DNA from: a virus
Virus record (IMG/VR): IMGVR_UViG_3300021560_000037
Coordinates: 1 to 37,581 of that record
Length of the DNA stretch: 37,581 bases
Reading direction: 5' to 3' (one strand)
Positions within the stretch are counted from its first letter, which is position 1. Each line of letters starts with the position of its first letter. The position numbers and the translations under genes are program-made. Positions 8,713-16,809 of this stretch are shown piece by piece. The notes beneath the pieces are model-generated. The model was not told the origin of the DNA and searched no databases. It saw only the letters and a program-made list of their open reading frames with translations.

Positions 8713-9067
8713 GCCGGCTCTAGCCACAACACACGGTCGTTGACCATGTCGTAGCGGATCGGCCCTATCCAATGCCGGGGCGGGCGGGCGTCAAAGCGCA
8801 GCCAGCGGTGTGCGACCAACATCAGCTTCCCCTGAGCGCGGCGTTTCTTCGTTCAGCGTCCATATGGCTTGCCGCGGGGCCAAACCTGGCCGAGCACGCG
8901 CCCCTCGAGGCGCAGCGTCACCCATACTCTTTGGCGATAAAAAAGGCGGGCGGGGCCCATACGCAACATTGTGGGGGTCACGGGAGGTTGCCCCGCCCAG
9001 TCATCTCTAGGGGTTTGCGACCCGAACAGTCGCCCGCACCCTCTACCACATCCCGATATGCCAACCG

Positions 9068-9096
9068 TTGATATTTTTTATCAGCAGTGCTAATGC
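9068..9096 (+). promoter_or_regulatory. Candidate sigma70-type promoter for the coat/tail operon (TTGATA-N17-TAATGC)
   Basis: Hexamers read directly at 9068-9073 and 9091-9096 in an AT-richer patch; would give a ~210-nt leader before the coat GTG. Confidence 0.4.
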
Positions 9097-9306
9097 GGAT
9101 TTCTTCCCTTGTTGGATCTCCACGGGGGATGCGCCTTGAGCCGGCTAGAAAGCTCCGCGTCTTCACTGCGTCAGTGTGATGTGCCCTCCGGGGTGCGCCC
9201 GCATAGCCGATTCGCAACCGGCATCGATCCCAGCAACCCCTGATTGCTGCGCTCGGTGCGCTGTTTCGCTTGTCTCTCCCTGCGCACGGGCGCCGGGAGA
9301 GCATCC

Positions 9307-10521
9307 GTGGCGAATTCGCCCCTTACCATCTCGCAAATCACCCGGGAGGCGCTGCGCCTCTTCCGCAATTCCAACTGGTTTCTCAGGACGATCGGCCGCC
9401 AATTCGACGAGGAATTTGGCCGTAGCGGCGCCAAGATCGGCTCGCAGCTGCGCATCCGCCTGCCCAACGACTACACGCTGCGGCAAGGGCAGACCGCGAC
9501 CCCGCAAAACACCAACGAGCAGAACACGACCCTGGTGGTCGCCAACCAGTACGGCGTCGACGTGTCGTTCTCATCGTCCGAGCGGGCCCTCAGCTTGGAT
9601 GATTATTCGGCCCGCATCCTCGCTCCCGCCGTCAATATCCTGGCTGGCGGTGTCGCCACGCAGGTGATGTCCAACGTCGAGAGCGCGGCCAACCTGGTGT
9701 TTAACACCGACGCGTCCTCGAACATGATCAGCCCGACCGCGGGCACCTGGCTCGCCGCCGGCGCGAAGCTCGATCAGAACGGCGCCCCACGAAACGACCG
9801 GTTTATCGTGCTCGATCCGCTCACCCAGGCGCGCACGGTGACGAGCCTGACCGGTCTCTTCAACCCGCAGACCCGGATCTCCGATCAGTACATCCGCGGC
9901 ACCATGAGTGTGGATACCCTCGGCTTTGACTGGGGGATGGATCAGACCACGATCATGCATACGACCGGGGCGTACGGCACCGCCCCGACCGTCTCCGGCG
10001 CCAACCAGACCGGGTCGACCCTCACCATCTCGGCCCTTGCCGGACCGCTCAATGCGGGTGATGTGATCACCCTCGGCGGGGTCTTTGGCGTCAACCGGGT
10101 GACCAAGACGTCAACCGGCACGCTGCAGCAGTTCACACTCACTGCCCCGGCCAATACCGGCGCGACGTCGCTGTCGATCTACCCGCCGATCACACCGCCC
10201 TCGGGTGGTTTGCCGGTGCCGTTCCAGACCGTCACGGCGTCCCCCGCGGCGGGTGCACAGGTCACCGTCGGGACGGCCTCAGCATCCAACTACCGCGCGA
10301 ACTTTGCCTATTACGCAGAGGCCTTTACCCTCGCCACCGCGGAGCTGGAATTGCCCCGCGGGACACACGAGGCGGCGCGCGAGACGTATGACGGGATCAG
10401 TCTGCGTATGGTCACGGATTATGCGGTGCTGTCCGACCAATTTATCACGCGGCTTGATATCCTCTTTGGTAGTCTGTGTCTGAGACCCGAATGGGTGGTC
10501 AAGGTGGCTGATATCCCGTAA
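9307..10521 (+). CDS. Major capsid protein (P22 gp5 coat-like)
   Basis: GTG 9307 with GGGAGAG SD (track ORF begins upstream at 9244); MANSPLTISQITREALRLFRNSNWF..GAKIGSQLRIRLPN pattern of P22-coat family; position after scaffold. Confidence 0.8.
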   Translation: MANSPLTISQITREALRLFRNSNWFLRTIGRQFDEEFGRSGAKIGSQLRIRLPNDYTLRQGQTATPQNTNEQNTTLVVANQYGVDVSFSSSERALSLDDYSARILAPAVNILAGGVATQVMSNVESAANLVFNTDASSNMISPTAGTWLAAGAKLDQNGAPRNDRFIVLDPLTQARTVTSLTGLFNPQTRISDQYIRGTMSVDTLGFDWGMDQTTIMHTTGAYGTAPTVSGANQTGSTLTISALAGPLNAGDVITLGGVFGVNRVTKTSTGTLQQFTLTAPANTGATSLSIYPPITPPSGGLPVPFQTVTASPAAGAQVTVGTASASNYRANFAYYAEAFTLATAELELPRGTHEAARETYDGISLRMVTDYAVLSDQFITRLDILFGSLCLRPEWVVKVADIP

Positions 10522-10799
10522 TGGCGCAGGCGCAAATCATCCCCGGCAATGCCGGGCGCAACGACTATCCGCGGATGCTCTACCACGAGGATGGCCGCAC
10601 CATCATCGTGGAGAGCCCCGAGGAGCACGACAAACTGGCCCGTGACGGGTGGGAGCAGATGCCGCTGGAGATCCACCAGCAACGCCCGGCAACGCCCTCC
10701 CCGAGTATGTCCGGCGGCGATCCGCTGGCCATCCTGATCCGTGAAACCATGCAAAGCGTTCTCGAGGAATACGGGTTCAAACGTAAAGGAGCGAAGTGA
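10521..10799 (+). CDS. Hypothetical protein (92 aa)
   Basis: TAATG overlap with coat stop. Confidence 0.6.
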   Translation: MAQAQIIPGNAGRNDYPRMLYHEDGRTIIVESPEEHDKLARDGWEQMPLEIHQQRPATPSPSMSGGDPLAILIRETMQSVLEEYGFKRKGAK

Positions 10800-11047
10800 T
10801 GGCAAGAGATGTCCGCGGCGCGGCGCGTGTCGCCACCGGCCGAGATCCCCATACCGCCCCCAAGGAACGCGAGCGCATGGGCGGCGGCCGCTACGACGCG
10901 CGTCCCGGCACGAGCAGCATGCCCTCAGCCGCCGAGATGGACCGGCCGCCTTCCCCGTGCGGCACCTTTGGCCGGCATGGCGATGGCCGCGGCGGGATCA
11001 ACGCCGGCATCCGCAAGATCCAGGACGCGGACAAGAACGGGTATTAG
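10799..11047 (+). CDS. Hypothetical protein (82 aa, R/G-rich)
   Basis: GGAG 8 nt upstream of ATG 10799, overlaps previous TGA; high GC3 in this frame. Confidence 0.55.
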   Translation: MARDVRGAARVATGRDPHTAPKERERMGGGRYDARPGTSSMPSAAEMDRPPSPCGTFGRHGDGRGGINAGIRKIQDADKNGY

Positions 11048-11050
11048 CCC

Positions 11051-11857
11051 GTGCAGGTCGGCGATCTCATCAGCCTCTCGCTGCGCACGGCGGGGATCCT
11101 CGGCGTCGGGCAAACCGCGCTGCTGCAGGATCTCGCCGACGCGCAGCAAATGCTTGTGCTGTTGATGCAACAGTGGAGGCAGAAGAGGTGGCTGGTCTTT
11201 CGCCTGATGACCGACACGATCCCGCTGGTGACCGGGAAACCGATCTACACAGTGGGTCCGTCCTCGGCGTCACCGACCCCGGATTTTGTCACCGATGGCA
11301 ATTTCCGCCCGGCCAATGTGCAGAGCTGCTATCTGCGCCTGCAAACCGGCTCCGGGCCCAACAGCTACCCCGTCGATACGCCGATGCGCATTCTCGGGTC
11401 GCGTCAGGAATATGACCAGATCTCGTTGAAAAACCTGCAATCCTGGCCGAGCCTGATCTATTACGATCCGATCGTGCCGGTGGCGAATTTGTATGTGTGG
11501 CCGATCCCGGTGCAGACCAACTTTGCGCTCTACATCGCCTGGCAGCAGGCGATCGATCTCGCGGCCGAGGGTGCGCAGACCGTCGATCTTGAGACGATCG
11601 TCCCGGCCGAGACACAGATGGCGCTGATGTATCACCTCGCGGTGCTCACCGGCGTCAACTACAAGCTGCCCAAAGACGAGGACCTCGAGGCGGCGGCTCG
11701 CGGCGCGCTCAATGTGATGCGGCAGACCAACTACGCAATGCAGCCACTGAAGATGCCGGCCGGGCTGGTGCGCACCGGTATCCGGATGAAGAACCCGCTA
11801 GGCGGCTTCGTCTACCCCGAAACAAGCGCGAGTATTCCGACTACCGTGCTGTCGTAG
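11051..11857 (+). CDS. Virion structural protein, putative head-to-tail adaptor (gp4 position)
   Basis: GTG start; 268 aa; N-terminal LISLSLRTAGILGVGQTALLQDLADAQQMLVLLMQQW pattern seen in podovirus adaptor/tubular proteins; sits between coat and gp10-like gene. Confidence 0.4.
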   Translation: MQVGDLISLSLRTAGILGVGQTALLQDLADAQQMLVLLMQQWRQKRWLVFRLMTDTIPLVTGKPIYTVGPSSASPTPDFVTDGNFRPANVQSCYLRLQTGSGPNSYPVDTPMRILGSRQEYDQISLKNLQSWPSLIYYDPIVPVANLYVWPIPVQTNFALYIAWQQAIDLAAEGAQTVDLETIVPAETQMALMYHLAVLTGVNYKLPKDEDLEAAARGALNVMRQTNYAMQPLKMPAGLVRTGIRMKNPLGGFVYPETSASIPTTVLS

Positions 11858-11865
11858 GTGTTCTG

Positions 11866-12489
11866 ATGGGACATCTTGCGGACAACGGATTACTGGTCTG
11901 GGACCGCGGCGAACCGCTTGCCGCGGCTGACCTCAACGGCAATTTTGCGATCCTGCGGGAGTATGCCGAGCGGGCGCTGAGCCAAGCGCTGACGCCGGAT
12001 GCCGCGGTGGTCGCGCTCGAAATGCGGCTCGGCCGCCTCGAGGCTCGCCTCGACCGCGTTGAGCACATGCTGACCATGCATGAGCGGCAGCGCAACGAGC
12101 GCGAGTGGGCGCCGCTGTCTCATCTTGGGGGCGTTCTGCAGCGCGTCGACCGCCTGCAACAGAGCGTGGAGACAGCGGTCGCCCGCCTTGAACAGATGTT
12201 CGCGACGACCGACAAGATCCATAACGACCAACACCTCCGGCTCTCGCATCTCGAGCAGCAGCCCGAGGCGGCGACCCTGGAGCAATTCCAGACATTGGCG
12301 GCCGAGCACCACGACACCGCGCAAAAGGCTCATGTGTCGCTGGGCCAGGCGATCGGGCTGCGGGCCGAGGTGGCGCATGTCCGGCGCATCGCCGAGGGGC
12401 ACGATCGCGAAGCCAACCGCCGCGAATACGCGCCGCTCTCGACCGTGGCGCATCTCTATGAACGCATCCTCAAGCTGGAGGAGCGGTAA
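11866..12489 (+). CDS. Coiled-coil structural protein (207 aa)
   Basis: Heptad-rich; internal repeat ERQRNEREWAPLSHLGGVLQRVDRLQ / DREANRREYAPLSTVAHLYERILKLE. Confidence 0.55.
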   Translation: MGHLADNGLLVWDRGEPLAAADLNGNFAILREYAERALSQALTPDAAVVALEMRLGRLEARLDRVEHMLTMHERQRNEREWAPLSHLGGVLQRVDRLQQSVETAVARLEQMFATTDKIHNDQHLRLSHLEQQPEAATLEQFQTLAAEHHDTAQKAHVSLGQAIGLRAEVAHVRRIAEGHDREANRREYAPLSTVAHLYERILKLEER

Positions 12490-13934
12490 TGGCGCAGTTG
12501 CCGCTGATCCAGGGTTCATACGAGGCGCGCGGCGTCATCGCCAACGCACAAGCCTGCATCAATCTCTATCCCGAACCAAACTCCAAGGACGCGCCGTTCC
12601 CGGTGACGCATTACCCCGCGCCGGGGCTCAAGGTCGTCGAGGATTTTACCGGGACATACACCGGCGCCATCCGCGGGCTCTACAACGCGTCGGGCGGCCA
12701 GGTCTTTGTCGTCTTCGACACCGACGTCATCAGCTGGCACGGGATCGGCGCGGGCTGGACCCATCTCGGGACCATTGCCAATTCGGGCAACCCGGTATCG
12801 ATCTGCGACAACCAGACCGATGTCGTGTTCTGCGACGGCACGGCCAATGGCTGGACGCTTCCTCTGGCATCGCACGGGACGCCGGGGAGCCTTGTGGCGA
12901 TCACCGATCCGGCATGGTATGGCTCGACCCGGGTTGACTATATCGACTCGTTTTTTGTCTTTAACAAGCCGCACACGCCGACCTTTTACACCAGCACGGC
13001 GGGTGCGTTTCTGCCGCTCGATGCGACCTATGCGACACCCAAAGCCGGGTGGAACGACAATCTGGTGGCGTGCTGCGCGCTGCACGACAATGTCTGGCTG
13101 CTCGGCAATACCACGACCGAGATCTGGTTTAACGCCGGCGGGGCGACCTTCAGCTTTGCCCGCATGCCCAACAGCATTCTGCAGCAGGGGTGCGCGGCGC
13201 CGTATTCGCCGGTTGTGTCCGATAATGCCGTGTTCTGGATCAGTCAGGACCGCTGGGGTCGCAATATGTGTATGCGTGGCGAGGGCTATGCCGCCAAGCG
13301 CATCAGCACCTTCGCCGTCGAGGACGAGTGGTCGAAGTACTCGACACTGTTTGATGCGATCGGCATGTCGTATCAAATCGGTGGCCACGAGACTGTCGGG
13401 TTTTATTTCCCGACAGCCAATACCTGGTGGGGGTACGACGCGTCGACGGGGATGTGGCACAGCCGCACCTACAACGACCTGTCGACCGCATGGCTGCCGC
13501 GTTGCATGGCCGGCTGGGGATCGATCGGGTTTCCCGGGGGCGTCAACAGTATTCTCGCCGGTGATCGTACCGGGCCGCGCCTCCTTGAGTTGAGCCGGGA
13601 CCACTACGACGATTGCGGGACGCCGATCATCCGCCAGCGCTCCTGGCCGCATGTGCTCAACGACGGCAAGCGTGTCGCCCATACCCGGTTTGCCGCGGCC
13701 TTTGACGGCAGCGCCCTCGCCTCGCCATCACGCGTGACCTTGGATTGGAGCGATGACGCCGGCCACACCTTTGGCACGCCGTTGCCGCAGACGTTTCGTG
13801 ACGGCACCTATGGCCAGTATCAGTGGCAGCGGCTGGGGTATGCCCGCGACCGCGTCTATCGGCTGACTTGGTCCGAGGGCGGCGAATGCGCGCTCAACGG
13901 GGCGTGGATCGATGTCCTGCAGCAGGGGTCATGA
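12489..13934 (+). CDS. Tail hub / packaged-DNA stabilisation protein (P22 gp10-like)
   Basis: 481 aa; MAQLPLIQGSYEARG..INLYPE N-terminus and ...QWQRLGYARDRVYRLTWS C-terminus resemble the gp10 family; gene order as in P22. Confidence 0.65.
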   Translation: MAQLPLIQGSYEARGVIANAQACINLYPEPNSKDAPFPVTHYPAPGLKVVEDFTGTYTGAIRGLYNASGGQVFVVFDTDVISWHGIGAGWTHLGTIANSGNPVSICDNQTDVVFCDGTANGWTLPLASHGTPGSLVAITDPAWYGSTRVDYIDSFFVFNKPHTPTFYTSTAGAFLPLDATYATPKAGWNDNLVACCALHDNVWLLGNTTTEIWFNAGGATFSFARMPNSILQQGCAAPYSPVVSDNAVFWISQDRWGRNMCMRGEGYAAKRISTFAVEDEWSKYSTLFDAIGMSYQIGGHETVGFYFPTANTWWGYDASTGMWHSRTYNDLSTAWLPRCMAGWGSIGFPGGVNSILAGDRTGPRLLELSRDHYDDCGTPIIRQRSWPHVLNDGKRVAHTRFAAAFDGSALASPSRVTLDWSDDAGHTFGTPLPQTFRDGTYGQYQWQRLGYARDRVYRLTWSEGGECALNGAWIDVLQQGS

Positions 13935-13935
13935 G

Positions 13936-14208
13936 ATGATCCAGCGATCGCTCTCCCTCGAACGCGCCCTCGAGCGCGAGGTGGTGCGGTTTGCCGGGAG
14001 CCTGGCGTGCTTTGTCTTTTATGCCGGGGAGAAGCCGGTCGATTGCAATGGCATAGCGTTGGGCGAGCGGGTCGGCAAGCGCGAAGCGAGCGAATTTGCG
14101 GTGCGGCACCTGATGCGCGGGATGAGCCCGGGTATGCCTGATGACGCCACCTACTGGCGGCTCTATGACGCCAACGGCAATGTCGTGATGCAGGGAGACG
14201 GCACATGA
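13936..14208 (+). CDS. Hypothetical protein (90 aa)
   Basis: ATG 13936 just after gp10-like stop; in-frame part of track ORF 13912..14208. Confidence 0.5.
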   Translation: MIQRSLSLERALEREVVRFAGSLACFVFYAGEKPVDCNGIALGERVGKREASEFAVRHLMRGMSPGMPDDATYWRLYDANGNVVMQGDGT

Positions 14209-14429
14209 GAGGGATGTGCATCGGCGGCGAGCCACCCTGCTCGGCGCAGGGCATGATCGCGCCGCGTTACCAGTTCGTCGATCAGAGCGGGACGACGACG
14301 CCGAACGCGCACCGGTTCTTGTGGGGCCTGTTCAGCGCAATCTATGCGCTGGAGCAACGAGTGGGATTGGCGCAGACCCAGATCGCCGAGCTCCAGGCGC
14401 GCTTGGCGCAGCTCGAGGCGGCGGAATGA
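14205..14429 (+). CDS. Hypothetical protein with C-terminal coiled coil (74 aa)
   Basis: ATGA overlap; LEQRVGLAQTQIAELQARLAQLEAAE. Confidence 0.5.
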   Translation: MRGMCIGGEPPCSAQGMIAPRYQFVDQSGTTTPNAHRFLWGLFSAIYALEQRVGLAQTQIAELQARLAQLEAAE

Positions 14430-14986
14430 GGAATTTTCTCCCGATCGGGATGATCGACATGCTGCCGCTGCGCCTGGCGCTGCAGCGGCGTCCCGAGCTG
14501 TGGGATCAGAATGTCTACCGGACGACCTTCGAAAACACCCCGTTCCGCGGGATGAGCGACATTCTGCTGCGGTACAGCAAACCCGAGAAATGGTCCGGCA
14601 ACCGCGATTCCGAGGCGCTCGTCGACGACCTCGACCTGGTGATGTACCCGGCATGGGCGGCGCTGCCGGAGGCGCGCGAGGTCTGCTTTAACCTGATGGC
14701 CAAGTGCAAGGGGATCGCACTCGGCCGGGTGATCATCGCGCGGCTGCCGCCCGGCGGGGTGATCCTGCCGCATGCCGACGATTACGGTGCCTATGCGCTG
14801 CAGGACGGGCTGCGGCTGCATGTCGCCGTGCAGGCTCTCCCTGGATGCATCTTCAATTGCGGTGACGAGACGATCCAGATGCAGACCGACAGCGTGTGGT
14901 GGTTCAACCACAAAGCAACTCACTCTGCCCAGAACAACAGCGCCGACGACCGGGTCCACCTGCTTGTTGATATTCAGACGGGGTGA
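14426..14986 (+). CDS. Aspartyl/asparaginyl beta-hydroxylase-family Fe(II)/2OG dioxygenase (cupin)
   Basis: ATGA overlap start; GRVIIARLPPGGVILPHADD...LRLHVAV...VWWFNHKATHSAQNNSADDRVHLLVD matches the LpxO/Asp-hydroxylase core (HxD ... H, RvHL..D). Confidence 0.75.
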   Translation: MRNFLPIGMIDMLPLRLALQRRPELWDQNVYRTTFENTPFRGMSDILLRYSKPEKWSGNRDSEALVDDLDLVMYPAWAALPEAREVCFNLMAKCKGIALGRVIIARLPPGGVILPHADDYGAYALQDGLRLHVAVQALPGCIFNCGDETIQMQTDSVWWFNHKATHSAQNNSADDRVHLLVDIQTG

Positions 14987-14989
14987 GCC

Positions 14990-15457
14990 GTGGAGCACCT
15001 CTCAATCCAGCCCGAGGATACCGTCGCCGTCCTGCAGGAGGCGGAGGATACCGGCATGCTGCGCCGGCACTGGGACGAGCTCGCGCTCGATAAGAACGCG
15101 GTGAGCCTGGCGCCGGACTGGCGGCGCTATCGCCACCTCAATGATCAAGGTGTGCTGTCGACGATGGCGGTGCGCGAGCGCGGCAAGCTGGTCGGCTACT
15201 CGATCATGCTGCTGACGACGGGGCTGCATTACAAGCACTGCTACGAGGCGCGCATGGATGTTTTCTGGCTCGCCCCGGAAGTGCGCGGCCGCTACGGCGG
15301 GGTGCGGCTCTTTCGGGCGCATGAGAAGGAGCTCAAGCGGCGCGGCGTCAGGCGGATCTACACCGGCAGCAAGATGCACCGCGACAGCTCGAGGCTCTTC
15401 CTCGCGCTCGGCTACAAGCCGGTGGAGATCTGGTTCTCGAAGATGCTGGAGGACTGA
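14990..15457 (+). CDS. GNAT-family N-acetyltransferase
   Basis: GTG start; GKLVGYSIMLL...VFWLAPEVRGRYGGVRLFRAHEKELKRRGV (motif A R/Q-x-x-G-x-G/A) ...LALGYKP. Confidence 0.7.
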   Translation: MEHLSIQPEDTVAVLQEAEDTGMLRRHWDELALDKNAVSLAPDWRRYRHLNDQGVLSTMAVRERGKLVGYSIMLLTTGLHYKHCYEARMDVFWLAPEVRGRYGGVRLFRAHEKELKRRGVRRIYTGSKMHRDSSRLFLALGYKPVEIWFSKMLED

Positions 15458-15460
15458 GCG

Positions 15461-16807
15461 ATGGTCGCAGCGGCAATTATCGGCAGCTCGGTTATCGGCG
15501 CGGGCTCCAACCTGATCGGTGGTCTGACCTCCTCGAGTGCCGCGAGCAGCTCGGCCGCGGCGCAGCAGCGCCAGTTGAACCAGGTGCTGCAGTACCAGCA
15601 GGGCATTCTCAACGCCGCCATCCCGATGGCGCAGGATCTGCAAAACCAGAATGTCGCCGCGCTCTACGGCGGGCAGACCAATGCCGCCGAGGCGATCTCC
15701 AATGCGCTCGGCTATGGCGCTAACGCGCTCGGTCAGTATCTGCCGCAACAGGTCGGTGCGATCGGCGATTGGGCAAACCAAGGGCTCGATGCGCTGCGCG
15801 CGATCGCGGCCAATGTGCCGGGCGAGATCCGCGGCGGCGTCAATAGCGCGCTCGATCTGCTCAGCGGCGCCGGGACCAATATCACCAATCTGCTGCAGCC
15901 CTATGCGACCGCCGGCAGCAATGCGATCGGCGAATTGTGGTCCGAGATCAACGGCACCTCACCCGTGCCGGGTCAGACGGGGGCGCTCGGCGCCGTCCCG
16001 AACATCACCGACCCCTCGCAATTGCCGGGATACCAGTTTGCTTTGCAGCAGGGTGAGAACGCCGCCAAGAACCAGGGCAGTGCGTCCGGTTACGCCGGGG
16101 TCGGCGGCAACCTCTCGGGGCCGCTCGGCAAGTCGCTCGCCACCTTTGCCGAGGGGCTCGCCAACAGTAATTACACCCAATACCTACAGAATTACTGGGC
16201 GAACCAGAATAACCGCTACGGTATTCTTGCGGGGCTGGCCGGAACCGGGGGGCAGATCGGCAGCAATCTCGGGCAGATCCTCGCCGGGCTCGGCACGGCC
16301 GGGGCAAGTACGGCGCTTAGCGGCAGCGTGGACATGTCGCAGATCCTCACCGCCCTTGCCGGGAATATCGGCAACATCGCGTCGACCGCGGGCAGCAATA
16401 TCGGCGCGGCTTATGGCAATGTCGGCAATGCGCTGGCACAGCTGTTCCAGAATATCGGCACTAATCTGGGGAACGTCTATACCGGGACCGCGCAGAATGT
16501 GGTCGGGGGGTTGACCCAGCCGATGCAGATCCTCGGGCAGATCGCCAGCGGCACTTCCACGAATGTGGGAAATGCCGGTGTGACGGGTGCGGCCAATGTC
16601 GGCCAGGCAACGCAGAACGCGGGCAATCTGCTCGGCGGCAGCATCCAGGGCACGGGCGGCCTGCTCGGCAATGCGCTGCTGACCAATCAGCTGCTGAATA
16701 ACAGCGGGTCTACGATCGCGAACACCTACCCGAACCTGACCGCACAGAGCATCGCAAATGCGGGGGCTGGTTCGACGATCGGATTTAATCAGGCTATGGG
16801 ATTCTGA
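15461..16807 (+). CDS. Internal virion / ejection protein 1 (G/A/N/Q-rich, 448 aa)
   Basis: GGAGGA SD; strongly biased composition (GNIGNIASTAGSNIGAAYGNVGNALAQ); position equals P22 gp7/gp20/gp16 block. Confidence 0.55.
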   Translation: MVAAAIIGSSVIGAGSNLIGGLTSSSAASSSAAAQQRQLNQVLQYQQGILNAAIPMAQDLQNQNVAALYGGQTNAAEAISNALGYGANALGQYLPQQVGAIGDWANQGLDALRAIAANVPGEIRGGVNSALDLLSGAGTNITNLLQPYATAGSNAIGELWSEINGTSPVPGQTGALGAVPNITDPSQLPGYQFALQQGENAAKNQGSASGYAGVGGNLSGPLGKSLATFAEGLANSNYTQYLQNYWANQNNRYGILAGLAGTGGQIGSNLGQILAGLGTAGASTALSGSVDMSQILTALAGNIGNIASTAGSNIGAAYGNVGNALAQLFQNIGTNLGNVYTGTAQNVVGGLTQPMQILGQIASGTSTNVGNAGVTGAANVGQATQNAGNLLGGSIQGTGGLLGNALLTNQLLNNSGSTIANTYPNLTAQSIANAGAGSTIGFNQAMGF

Positions 16808-16809
16808 TC

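Noticed and set aside
8948-8998. Rho-independent terminator of the scaffold transcript
   Set aside because: On the plus strand the A-run precedes the stem and no U-run follows it. The loop is 33 nt, and only the minus strand has the stem followed by a T-run.
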